Source: Verrucomicrobiia bacterium
Lineage (GTDB): Bacteria > Verrucomicrobiota > Verrucomicrobiia > Limisphaerales > UBA11358
Direction: 5' to 3'
NCBI GenBank assembly: GCA_049692125.1
Contig: JBAVOO010000057.1
Location: forward strand, 2,421 to 66,420
DNA: 64,000 nucleotides
Both the position numbers and the translations under genes were made by a program. Under the pieces are notes generated by a model, which did not search any database, was not told the origin of the DNA, and saw only the letters and a list, made by a program, of their open reading frames with translations. Below, piece after piece: positions 9,538-18,958 of the stretch (position 1 is the stretch's first letter; each line of letters begins with the position of its first letter).

Positions 9538-9795
9538 ATGAAAAATGACAATATTACAACTGCTTTGAATCTCGTGCTGGCGGTGCTGGCGATTTTGGGC
9601 GTGATTTTCGCGTTGCAGACGTTTTTCCGCACGCGCGAGTTGCGCTCCCTTCAAATGCAGGCAACCCAGGCCAACGGCTACAGCATGGCCGTCGAATCGC
9701 TCGCCAATGACGCATTCGCTTACAGCCAGAAAAATCCAAATCCGGACATTCTCCGTATCCTGCAGCTCACTCAAGCCAAACCCGCCAACCGCTAA
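9538..9795 (+). CDS. hypothetical small membrane protein
   Basis: ATG ORF with one clear TM helix (ALNLVLAVLAILGVIFAL). No family recognised. Confidence 0.4.
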   Translation: MKNDNITTALNLVLAVLAILGVIFALQTFFRTRELRSLQMQATQANGYSMAVESLANDAFAYSQKNPNPDILRILQLTQAKPANR

Positions 9796-9800
9796 TTGCC

Positions 9801-10151
9801 ATGAACGAATCTGAAACAAATCTTTCCGTGCAAACCGAAATGATGGATCAGATTGTCGCTTTGCGACATCAGGTTTTCACGCTGCTGCTCGCGCTCGTCG
9901 TGGTCAGCGGCACGCTCACCGTCGTTTTGTATCGGCAGGCCAGACTTACCGGCAAAGACATTGAGGCCATCAAACCGCAAGCCACAAAAATCATTCAGGC
10001 CTTCGCCCAAAGACGCGCGGGCATGGAAAATTTCGTAAAACAACTCACGGCCTACGGCAGCACGCACCCCGACTTCCAGCCGATTCTAAGAAAATACGGG
10101 ATTGTGGAGCAACCCGCCACCGCGCCTGCCGCGCCTAAAACTAAGAAGTAG
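9801..10151 (+). CDS. hypothetical small membrane protein
   Basis: ORF starts 6 nt after the previous one. One TM helix (VFTLLLALVVVSGTLTVVLY). No family recognised. Confidence 0.45.
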   Translation: MNESETNLSVQTEMMDQIVALRHQVFTLLLALVVVSGTLTVVLYRQARLTGKDIEAIKPQATKIIQAFAQRRAGMENFVKQLTAYGSTHPDFQPILRKYGIVEQPATAPAAPKTKK

Positions 10152-10566
10152 TCGGCACCAGCCGCGCGCCGCAGTTCGGACAAAAATTCGACTGCGGCGG
10201 ACAACTCTTGCCGCAACCGGAGCAATCCGTGTGCGCTTCCTTGTGCCGCCGATGGATGATGAGATTCCGGGTATAAGGAATCCAGGCGACGGCGTAGGCG
10301 AAAATAAAAACGGAATCCCGCTTGTGCAGCGAATAAGCCAGCATCAGCAGTGAACCCGCCAGGCTCAACCACCAGAACGCCGTCGGCACGACCACGCGTT
10401 TTTTCTTTTCGGTGGCATACCATTGGATGTAAAAACGCGCGCAGAACACCAGGTTGCCCAGCCAGCCGATGACCTTCCAAAAACCCCAATCAATGCCGAG
10501 CAGTTTGCCATTGTGCCAGATGAGGTCATGCCAGACTAAATTCGTGAGCCAATCCATGATGGCCAC
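10141..10566 (-). CDS. lipid-A-disaccharide synthase N-terminal (LAB_N) domain membrane protein with C-terminal zinc ribbon
   Basis: GWLGNLVFCARFYIQWYATEKKKRVVVPTAFWWLSLAGSLLMLAYSLHKRDSVFI matches the LAB_N signature. C-terminal CSGCGKSC...CPNCG. Confidence 0.65.
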   Translation of the reverse strand: MAIMDWLTNLVWHDLIWHNGKLLGIDWGFWKVIGWLGNLVFCARFYIQWYATEKKKRVVVPTAFWWLSLAGSLLMLAYSLHKRDSVFIFAYAVAWIPYTRNLIIHRRHKEAHTDCSGCGKSCPPQSNFCPNCGARLVPTTS

Positions 10567-10610
10567 AGCTTAAACCTGTGACCGCCCAAACCGAAAGCGC
10601 AAAGCGCGAC

Positions 10611-10817
10611 TCAACCGCCTGCGACGATTTTTACAATTTCCAGCCGGTCGCCCGCGTTAAGCCGGCGCCGGGAAAATTCCGACGGGGCGACCGCCTCGCC
10701 GTTGTGCTCCACCACCACGCTGCGCGGCAACAGCTTTTGCGCCACCAGAAATTCCTCAATCGAGCACGGCAGCTTCGCCTCGATCGGCTTTCCGTTGGCG
10801 GTGACAAACGAATTCAT
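10611..10817 (-). CDS. thiS: sulfur carrier protein ThiS
   Basis: 68 aa ending ...LEIVKIVAGG (C-terminal GG). Sits downstream of thiH, and its ATG overlaps the upstream stop (ATGA). Confidence 0.8.
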   Translation of the reverse strand: MNSFVTANGKPIEAKLPCSIEEFLVAQKLLPRSVVVEHNGEAVAPSEFSRRRLNAGDRLEIVKIVAGG

Positions 10818-11257
10818 GGCTTTACAAAATCGTTTGAGACGCTGTTGAAAATGATGTCGTCCTTGTCGCCAAAAGTTTGATTGGGACCGGCAGAAAAGAG
10901 GGTGAAGCAATTAGTCCCGTCAAAAACAATTTTGTAAGGTGTCTTCCAAGGATCGATCAATTCGCCATTTTTGTTTGTTGAATCAACGCCCAAATTAAAT
11001 AGTCGCAATTTCTTAGGATTGTCTCCAACTAAAGTTCTTACGACGCTCGCGTTTTCACCGGTCGGATAATTTCCAAAAATCGATTTGTATTCTTCCATGC
11101 CTGCGCCCAATTGACTTTCATCCACGCGAGCGCGTGGAACTTTTCGCGGACCGCCACCAGCCAAAAAGGGGAAAACAAAACAGTACAAACACGCCCACAA
11201 TAATGCGAGGCCCACGATAACTATGACAACGCTTTGTTTGAGGTTGTATTCTTTCAT
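10814..11257 (-). CDS. GspG-like (type II secretion pseudopilin G C-terminal domain) membrane protein lacking a canonical prepilin leader
   Basis: One N-terminal TM helix. YKSIFGNYPTGEN...IDPWKTPYKIVFDG...LFSAGPNQTFGDKDDIIF resembles the T2SS-G domain (DPWGxPY ... S.G.DG..gT.DDI). AT-rich. ATGA overlaps at both ends. Confidence 0.65.
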   Translation of the reverse strand: MKEYNLKQSVVIVIVGLALLWACLYCFVFPFLAGGGPRKVPRARVDESQLGAGMEEYKSIFGNYPTGENASVVRTLVGDNPKKLRLFNLGVDSTNKNGELIDPWKTPYKIVFDGTNCFTLFSAGPNQTFGDKDDIIFNSVSNDFVKP

Positions 11258-12456
11258 GCCGTGAGCGCCGCGTCCCAATCCTTCCACACCGGCTCGTAAC
11301 CCAGCCGCCGGATCAACTCTGCCACTTCGCCGGCGGAACGTTCGTCGGCAATCTGAAACTGTCCGGTCGCGTTCGTCGCGTTTTCCGGCGTTGGCGCCCA
11401 TTCGCTGGCGCCGGACGCGAGTTCCACAATCCGTCCGCGCTCGGTGTGATGAATCTTCTCCTTGCCCGCGCCGGTGTAACCGCCGGGTTCGGTGTGGCTG
11501 CCCGCGCTCATCATCGTCACGCCCAGCGGAATCAGCCCGTCGCGCAACTTCGCCGGTTCGCGCGTCGAAAGCACCAGCCCGACATCGGGAAACATCAAAC
11601 GAAACGCGCAGACGAGTTGCGCCAGGTCGCGGTCGGTCATGTGCGTGAGCGGCTGGAATTCGCCCGCGCACGGACGCAGCCGCGGCAGGGAAATGGTCAA
11701 CTGCGCCTTCCAGCAATTCCGCAGCAGATAATCTGCATGCGCCGCCACGCTGATGGCCTCGAACCGCCAGTCGGCCAGGCCGTACAGCGGGCTGATGCCG
11801 AGCCGCCGGAATCCCGCCGCGTAGCCGCGCTCCGGCGTTTCGAGCCGCCAGTCAAAATTCCGTTTCGGCCCGGCGGTGTGCATGTCCGCATAAACCTTGC
11901 GGTCGTAGGTTTCCTGATAAACCACCAGCCCGTCCGCACCCGCTTCGACGAGCGGCTGATAATCCTCTGTCTCCATCGGCCCGACTTCGAGCGAGATGCC
12001 CGGCCAGTCGCGATGCAGCACGGTGATGCAATCCTTGAGATAATTGTTGGAAACGAACTTCGGATGTTCCCCCGCGACCAGCAGGATGTTGCGGAAGCCT
12101 TGCGCCTTGATTGCGTCCGCCTCGCGTTTCACCTCCTCCAGCGACAAGGTGACGCGCAGGATCGGGTTGTCGCGCGAGAAGCCGCAGTATTTGCAATTAT
12201 TGATGCACTCGTTGGAAAGGTAAAGCGGCGCGAACAGGCGGATGACCTTGCCGAAGCGTTGCTGCGTCGCCGCGTGCGATTGCCGGCCCATGTGTTCCAG
12301 CAATTCCCCGCCCGCCGGCGAAATCAAATGGGCGAAATCGGCAAGCGACAATTTTGTTTTCGCCAGGCTCTCGCGCACGGCCTGGATGCCGGCCGACTGC
12401 GAACGCTTCACGAGCGATTCCAGCGGCAACGAATTGAATTCAGCGACAAAACTCAC
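11254..12456 (-). CDS. thiH: 2-iminoacetate synthase ThiH (radical SAM)
   Basis: CINNCKYCGFSRDNP radical-SAM motif. About 400 aa from the GTG at 12456 (VSFVAEFNSL). The ORF track extends to 12585. Confidence 0.85.
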   Translation of the reverse strand: MSFVAEFNSLPLESLVKRSQSAGIQAVRESLAKTKLSLADFAHLISPAGGELLEHMGRQSHAATQQRFGKVIRLFAPLYLSNECINNCKYCGFSRDNPILRVTLSLEEVKREADAIKAQGFRNILLVAGEHPKFVSNNYLKDCITVLHRDWPGISLEVGPMETEDYQPLVEAGADGLVVYQETYDRKVYADMHTAGPKRNFDWRLETPERGYAAGFRRLGISPLYGLADWRFEAISVAAHADYLLRNCWKAQLTISLPRLRPCAGEFQPLTHMTDRDLAQLVCAFRLMFPDVGLVLSTREPAKLRDGLIPLGVTMMSAGSHTEPGGYTGAGKEKIHHTERGRIVELASGASEWAPTPENATNATGQFQIADERSAGEVAELIRRLGYEPVWKDWDAALTA

Positions 12457-12602
12457 GACACCAACGTACCAAATCGACGGGCAAAGTCGAGGCGAGCTTG
12501 GCATTGCGCAACGGGCGTGGTTTGTGAAACATTGGCGCGGGCGAATTTCACATGGCAGCCAAAATTCCAGTTCGGCAGCACACACGCCCGACGGCGTCGG
12601 TC

Positions 12603-13841
12603 ATGATCCTCGGCGTCGGGTCGTTCGCGCACAGCATCGGGCGGGCGCTGGCGGACGCGGGCGCGAAGGTCTCAACCTATCTCACCCGCAATTACGGCCA
12701 CTTCCCGCCGTCGCTGGTCGGACCAACATTTTCGCGCGACGCGTTTCCCAGCCCGGTTCCGCTCATCAAGAAAAACGGCGTGGAGGTCGTCATTCCCCAA
12801 TCCATTGATTGGGCGCTGGCGCCCTGGGCGGAGGACTTGTTGCAGTCAGGCGCCGGCATTTTCAGTCCCGTGCGCGAGGCGATGCGCATCGAGCGCGAGC
12901 GCGACTTCGCCCGCAAGCTGTGTGCCGATTTTAAAATCCCCTTTCCGCAGGCCTACGTTGCCTCAAACCTTCCGGAGGCCGAAAAAATCCTGGTGAATCA
13001 CCCGCAACCGTTTGTCATTAAAAATCCGCTTTGCTCGCCGACCAGCCCAATCCACACGATCCTCTGCGAGACGGTCGAGGACACGCGCGCGTGGCTGCGG
13101 CACGTCAATTATGCCGAGGGTGTTTTTCTGCAGGAATACCTCGGTCGCGCCGAGGTGGGGCACATCGTGCTCGTGAGCGGCGGCGAGATTTATTCGCTGG
13201 TCACGAACCAGGAATACAAATACGCCTTCAATGGCAACCAGGGCGTTGTGGCCGGCGCGCCGCTCGGCGGGCTGGTCGAACGCGATCCGGACGACAAATA
13301 CGGCCTGGCGCGAAAACTCATCCATCCACTGCTGCCGTGGTTGCGCGCGGCAAAATTCAACGGCCCGTTGCAGGTCACCGCCATCAAGCGGGGCGGCCAA
13401 TGGCACGTCATCGAATACAATGTCCGCATCGGGGTCACCTCCGGCCCGATGATTTTGCGGATGCTGAAAAATCCGGCGGAGATTGTTTTGCGGACCGCGC
13501 AGAACCGGAAGCTGGACCTGCAGTTCAACGAGAAACTCAATTTCGGCTGTTCGCTCACGCTGGCCGGTTACGGCTATCCCTTCATCCAGGTGCGCAGCCC
13601 GCATCTGCCGCTGGAAGAGGACGGGAAATTCGATTGCGACGTTTGGTGGAACGAAGTGGCCCGCGGCGCGGATCAAAAGCTCATGTCCACCGGCCATCGC
13701 ATTGCGGACGTGATTGCACTGGCGCCCAGGCTCGACGCGGCGATTGCCAGGGCTTACGCGAACATCCGCAAAATCCGGGTGGTCGGAAGCTATTTCCGGA
13801 CGGACATCGGGAAAAGTTTATGGCCGCCGGGCGCCATCTGA
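12603..13841 (+). CDS. divergent PurD-like ATP-grasp ligase
   Basis: Overall PurD-like layout (MILGVGSFAHS..., ...ERERDFARKLCADFKIPFP..., ...HVIEYNVRIGVTSGP...). The canonical ADGLAAGKGV and GPNTGGMG motifs are not conserved. Confidence 0.65.
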   Translation: MILGVGSFAHSIGRALADAGAKVSTYLTRNYGHFPPSLVGPTFSRDAFPSPVPLIKKNGVEVVIPQSIDWALAPWAEDLLQSGAGIFSPVREAMRIERERDFARKLCADFKIPFPQAYVASNLPEAEKILVNHPQPFVIKNPLCSPTSPIHTILCETVEDTRAWLRHVNYAEGVFLQEYLGRAEVGHIVLVSGGEIYSLVTNQEYKYAFNGNQGVVAGAPLGGLVERDPDDKYGLARKLIHPLLPWLRAAKFNGPLQVTAIKRGGQWHVIEYNVRIGVTSGPMILRMLKNPAEIVLRTAQNRKLDLQFNEKLNFGCSLTLAGYGYPFIQVRSPHLPLEEDGKFDCDVWWNEVARGADQKLMSTGHRIADVIALAPRLDAAIARAYANIRKIRVVGSYFRTDIGKSLWPPGAI

Positions 13842-15575
13842 ATTCCCCTGATGTTTTAACACATCGGCCTTGTGTTCGTGTATCGCTGCGCGCTTGAAGT
13901 TGTCCACGGACTTGAAATACGCAGCGAGTTCGCGTTGCAGTTCATATTCGACCGTTTCGCGTTGAAGCGAACGTTTCGACCAGACAAAGCCCAGCGCCGC
14001 CAAGCCGGCCAGCAAGGCGATGATTCCCGCCGGATTGGCCCGGGTCAGACCCAGGGCTCCGCGCGCCAGACCGCATCCACAAAGACCGGCAAACAGGACC
14101 AAACCGCATGACAATATCGCCATGCAATTCCGCAGCAGCCATTGCGAAACAGCGGCAAACCGGCCGGTCACCGGAGGGAAAGTCGGCGGCAGGCACACCG
14201 CCGGCAGGATGGCCTGTAGTTTCGCGTTGCGCAGCACCTGCAAGGTCACCTGTGGATCCGGACGCACGGTGGGCGGTTCAAGCAAATCGCGTTCGTCGCC
14301 GCTGGTCATGAAAGTGGCGATGCGTTCCTCGACCGCCAGGTTCATCATGCGGGTGGGGATCAGAAGATTGTCCACCACAATTTGTGAAATCCGGCAAAAG
14401 CCAAAAAAAATGACGCCGGCAAAAACCAGCGGCAACAGCGTCACCGCCCACTTTGAGAATTGGCCGCGGATCCACAACTGCGAAAGCAGCACGGTTGTAA
14501 AAAGACTGGCGATGACAAAAACATTTAATACGTCCATGTAGCGGCTGGCTGGAATCACCTCGCCATAATTCGCCCGGCCATAAGCCAGGCCGGCGGATTG
14601 CAACACGCCCCATAGCCCAAAGGTCAGAAGAAATTCAGCCGCCCGCGGCTCCTGAAAATTTGGCCGAAAATACAGCGCGACCAACCAAGCCAGGGGCAGG
14701 GGAATCAGGCATACCATTTCCGGAACGTTGAAGAATGGCCAGGTCAGATTGCGCGCCAGGGCGGAGGTAAATTGCATTAACGTTTGCGCCCGCAGGAGGC
14801 GGTCGTCTTCCATCGTCACACTCAGCGCCGCACCCAGTCCAATGACCGCCAGACACGAACCCAACGTGATTAAATTTCCTCTCTCCATCCGCTGCTGTTT
14901 GATGGTGCGCAAAACCGTCAATCCGCCGACTGCCATGGGAGCCAGCAAACCTGAAGCCATGGTAAACAAACCCATGGTCGCCGCCGCCAGTCCCAGCCAC
15001 CAACTCCAACCGCCCGGCCGGCCAAATCCAAGTCCGACCAGTGTCGCCAACGAAGTGATGTCGAGGAGATAGAGTTGGGAATTAAACGCCCAAATCGTGT
15101 TTTCCCCGGCATAGGGCAGCGCGAAAAATGGCGCCAGCAGAAAACAGATGAACCACCCGCTCTTCCGCCCCAGAAAATCCCACAAGCAAAAGGCCAGTCC
15201 GCAAACGAAAGCCGCGTGGATGAATGCGTTGATCGTCATCTGCAACAACGGCTCCCATCGCCCGTTCAGCCAGATGACGCTCAGATCCAGCAGGCGCGTG
15301 AAGAGAATTCGATGTTCATTATGGGCCGCAAAAAAGTCCTTCCACGTCAGATGACCCTCCACCCAGGGTCTGAAAAACCGTTCCGCTTCATGCCACTGAT
15401 CCCATAATGGCAATGGTGATCCGTAAAGCTGCACCACCCATAATTTGGCCCCCAGCACGACCAAAAACAACGCGGCCAGCCATGCGCTGAAATGTTTGAA
15501 CAAATCGCTCGTCGGGTTCGTTGGCCTGGTCATTTCGAGAAGCCTTGCTGGGACATGAACCCATGTCAATTTCAA
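13818..15575 (-). CDS. large polytopic membrane protein (paralog 1; GT-C-like?)
   Basis: 585-aa ORF with more than 10 hydrophobic helices and the first-loop motif WDQWHEAERFFRPW...HNEHRILFTRLLD. Paralogous to the next gene. Confidence 0.7.
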   Translation of the reverse strand: MKLTWVHVPARLLEMTRPTNPTSDLFKHFSAWLAALFLVVLGAKLWVVQLYGSPLPLWDQWHEAERFFRPWVEGHLTWKDFFAAHNEHRILFTRLLDLSVIWLNGRWEPLLQMTINAFIHAAFVCGLAFCLWDFLGRKSGWFICFLLAPFFALPYAGENTIWAFNSQLYLLDITSLATLVGLGFGRPGGWSWWLGLAAATMGLFTMASGLLAPMAVGGLTVLRTIKQQRMERGNLITLGSCLAVIGLGAALSVTMEDDRLLRAQTLMQFTSALARNLTWPFFNVPEMVCLIPLPLAWLVALYFRPNFQEPRAAEFLLTFGLWGVLQSAGLAYGRANYGEVIPASRYMDVLNVFVIASLFTTVLLSQLWIRGQFSKWAVTLLPLVFAGVIFFGFCRISQIVVDNLLIPTRMMNLAVEERIATFMTSGDERDLLEPPTVRPDPQVTLQVLRNAKLQAILPAVCLPPTFPPVTGRFAAVSQWLLRNCMAILSCGLVLFAGLCGCGLARGALGLTRANPAGIIALLAGLAALGFVWSKRSLQRETVEYELQRELAAYFKSVDNFKRAAIHEHKADVLKHQGNSDGARRP

Positions 15576-15656
15576 CGACGCAAGTCCGCAAACGCTTAAT
15601 GGGAAATGCCGGCGGGCGCAAAAGGGACGGCGCCAATTCGTGAAACTTGCCGGTCG

Positions 15657-17603
15657 TCACCCGGCATCAAAATTCCGGCCCGACCAGACCCACGCCAGCG
15701 CAACCAGTCCGGCCAATAAAACAAGCAATTCAACCAAGCCGTGGTTCGAAAAAAGAGTTTTTCCGATGATGCAGCGAACCACACCCCATCCGGAAAGCAA
15801 GACACCCAATCCCAGACCGGACAATAAAATGACGACCGCGTGGTTGAGCAGCAAAAGCGCGTAATAGGAAAGGCGTCCCCATTGGTTGATTTCGCCCACC
15901 GCCACCCAAATGTCATGATTTTGATTGGTGACTTCCAGGCGGAATGGGTTTTGGGGCGCCGACACCATGATCACCTGCCACCGCCCGGTGATTTCCGGGC
16001 GCAGTTCAATTCTGCGACCGGTGGATTGTTCCACCAACTGAAGGCTGACACCTTCCAGCCTGGGCCCGCAGCATAATTTCAGGCTCAGTTTTGGCAACGT
16101 GGCCCACAGTGGTTTGCTGACAAAATGCCCGGTCACGGCCACTCCGTTTGAGCAATTACCCCACACGGGCACGAATTCCTGCTCTGGTGTTCCGGGCGGG
16201 CAACCATTCAGAACCATTGAGGCATCGGACTTTTCGTCTCTTTCCAGTTTTAATGGCGGACGGCAGGCGGCAGGCATAATCCTCAACAGGTTGGGATCGC
16301 GCAGCAATTCCACCAACACACCGGCATCCGGATACGGAACCTCCCCAAACGGCTTGTCCAGCAAACAAGCCGGATTGTCCGTGGCCACAAATGCCCGCAC
16401 ATTTTGCTCCTCAATCCGGCCCATCCGTCGGCTGAATTGCATGTAATTTTCCGCCTGGCCGCCGCCCATCGTTGCCCAGGAGATCCGCCACATTCCCAAA
16501 AACAAACAACCTGCCCAGGCCATCGCCAGCAGACCCACCAACGGTCGTGACAGCCGGCGATATTCGGTATTCTCTCCCAGAATGAACAAACTGGCCAGAC
16601 TCGCGACGGAGAGGGTGCAGAGGGTGTCCATGTATCGGCTGCTGTTGCCCAAGTGTGCGCGTCCATAAGCCAGGGCCGCGGCCTGCAGGAAACCCCAAAA
16701 GCCAAGGGTTAGAACAAATTCAGCCGACCGGGGGTCTTTGAAGTCCGACTGGAAGTATTTGACGACCGTGATCATCAGTGGCAGACAAAGGACCGACAGC
16801 AAGGCTGGCTGATTAATGAATGGCCATGCCAGATTGCCCAGCAGCGCTTCCCCAAATGTCAAAAACCGTCCAGCTCGATAATGCCCGTGTTTTTGAATGG
16901 CAACATCCAGGATCAGGCCGGAAATAAAAACCGCCAGACTGCAACCGAGAGTAACCCATTGAACCTGAACGGCGCCCCGCTGCTTTAACCGGCGAAGGAC
17001 CAGCAACCCGATGACGGCCAGGGAAGCCAACAAACCGGATCCCATCGTAAAAAGAGACATCACCGCCGTTGCCAGCCCGCAAAACCACCAGCCGCCACTC
17101 GGTGAACCGAACCCCAGTCCGATGATCGTGACCACCGAAAAAATACCCAGAAAATACACCTGTGATTGGAACCCGTGGATCGTGTTCTCGGCCGCAAACG
17201 GAAGCGCGAAAAACGGCATGAGCAAAAAACAGATCAATCCCTCATGTTTTCGACCGGTAAAAATCCACAGGCCATACGCCAGTCCGCAGGCATAGCCAGT
17301 GTGAATGAACGCGTTGATGACCATCTGCAGGATGGGGTCCCACTGGTGGTTGAGCCACAACTCCATCACGTCCAGCGCGCGGGTGAAAAAAATCCGGTGC
17401 TCATTATGCGGTGCAAACCATGCGCCCCACGTCAAATGCCCCTCCAGCCAGGGTTTGAATAAAAGCTTTGCTTCGTCTCATTGATCCCAGTAGGGAACAG
17501 CCGTTCCGTACACCTGGATCACCCAAAGTTTGGCCCCCAGCACCACCAGCAACAACGCCGACAACCACGCCGCAAGCCGCCGGTTGAAATTGTTGGACTG
17601 CAC
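15657..17603 (-). pseudogene. large polytopic membrane protein (paralog 2) interrupted by in-frame TGA at 17478-17480
   Basis: Track ORF 15657..17435 starts mid-protein. Hand translation upstream in the same frame gives (V)QSNNFNRRLAAWLSALLLVVLGAKLWVIQVYGTAVPYWDQ*DEAKLLFKPWLEGHLTWGAWF. This aligns with paralog 1 across the stop. Confidence 0.65.
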
Positions 17604-17773
17604 GCGACTGTGGTACTCATCAACCGTCCGCAAATCAAGAACGTCCGCGTTGGGGACAAACCACTGAACCTTTTCAAGGCTCGAGTGGATGCGTCTGAAA
17701 AACCGGTCGCGCCAAACACCATATTTTTCGTGTTATTTGGCACGATTCGTGGTTAAACAATTCCCGGCATTCA

Positions 17774-18958
17774 ATGGACTTTGATTCAACAAGTTTTCCG
17801 CTGCGACCGGCGTGGGTTGAAATTGACCTCGCACGGCTGCGCCGCAATCTTCAACTAATCCGCCGCGACCTGCCGCGCCATGTGCAGTTGCTGGCGGTCG
17901 TGAAGGACGAGGCCTACGGACATGGCGCGCTCGACGTGGCGCGCATCGCGCTCGAAGAAGGCGCGTGGGGCTTCGGCCTCAGCACGTTGGAAGAGGCGGT
18001 GGCGCTCCGCGACGCCGGCATCGCCGCGCCGTTGCTGCTGCTGGGCGAACGGCAGGAAGCCGAATTACCGTGGTGCGTGGAACACAATCTGACCGTCTGC
18101 GTCAATGAACCTCATACCGTCCGCAAACTCGCCCACGCGGCCACACATGCCGGCAAGCGTGTGCCGGTGCATCTGAAAATTCACACCGGCATGAGCCGCT
18201 TCGGCGTGCGTTGGGACGAGGCGTTGCCGCTCATCGAACAGATTGGCGCCGAGAAATCGCTGTGGCTCGAAGGCGTGATGACGCACTTCGCGCAATCCGA
18301 CGAAACGGACAAAACGTTTGCCAACCTTCAGTTCTCCCGTTTCAACGAGGTCCTCCAGGGCATGGCCGCGCGCGGCATCTCCGTGAAGCTGCGCCATGCC
18401 TGCAACAGCGGCGGGTTCCTCGATCTGCCGCACGCGCATCTCGACATGGTCCGCGTCGGCATTTTGATGTATGGCATTTTCCCATCGTCGGTCTGCCGGC
18501 GGATTCCCGGAATCGAGCCGGTCATGTCCGTGAAAGCGCGCATTGCGGCAATCCAAAAATTGAAACCCGGCGAAGTGGTCGGTTACGGCATGCGTTACGC
18601 CGCGCCGTCGGAGCGGCGGATTGCCGTGCTGCCCATCGGTTACGGCGACGGTTTTCCGCGTGTGCGCAACCAGGGCGGCGCGCTCATCCGCGGCCGGCGC
18701 GCCCCGCTCGTCGGCGGCATCGCGATGGACGCGCTGATGGTGGACATCACGGACATCCCTGAAGCGCAGATGTGGGACGAAGCCGTCATCATGGGCCGCC
18801 AGGGCAACGAGGAAATCACCGTGCATGACATGGCGAAACTGAAAAACTCGGTGAGCTACGAAGTGCTCACCAGCTGGCGGTTGCGCCTGCGGAGAAAATC
18901 CGTGAACGCCAAAACCACGCCGGCGAAAATTGCGGTCGAAGCCGCTGTCGCAAAATGA
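17774..18958 (+). CDS. alr: alanine racemase
   Basis: AVVKDEAYGHG PLP-lysine motif, typical length and C-terminal domain. Confidence 0.9.
   Translation: MDFDSTSFPLRPAWVEIDLARLRRNLQLIRRDLPRHVQLLAVVKDEAYGHGALDVARIALEEGAWGFGLSTLEEAVALRDAGIAAPLLLLGERQEAELPWCVEHNLTVCVNEPHTVRKLAHAATHAGKRVPVHLKIHTGMSRFGVRWDEALPLIEQIGAEKSLWLEGVMTHFAQSDETDKTFANLQFSRFNEVLQGMAARGISVKLRHACNSGGFLDLPHAHLDMVRVGILMYGIFPSSVCRRIPGIEPVMSVKARIAAIQKLKPGEVVGYGMRYAAPSERRIAVLPIGYGDGFPRVRNQGGALIRGRRAPLVGGIAMDALMVDITDIPEAQMWDEAVIMGRQGNEEITVHDMAKLKNSVSYEVLTSWRLRLRRKSVNAKTTPAKIAVEAAVAK

Noticed and set aside
12457-12551. TPP riboswitch expected upstream of thiH.
   Set aside because: The 95-nt spacer shows no CUGAGA / ACCUGAUCUGGAUAAUGCCAGCG-like elements on the thiH strand. 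It cannot be excluded without a covariance-model scan.
17478-17480. The in-frame TGA as programmed recoding (selenocysteine, or a Trp-coding alternative genetic code).
   Set aside because: TGA is used as an ordinary stop by clearly delimited genes in this window (e.g. thiH, the GspG-like gene, yajQ). The paralog has Trp, not Cys, at this site. I see no obvious stem-loop immediately downstream. A nonsense mutation or base-call error is more parsimonious.
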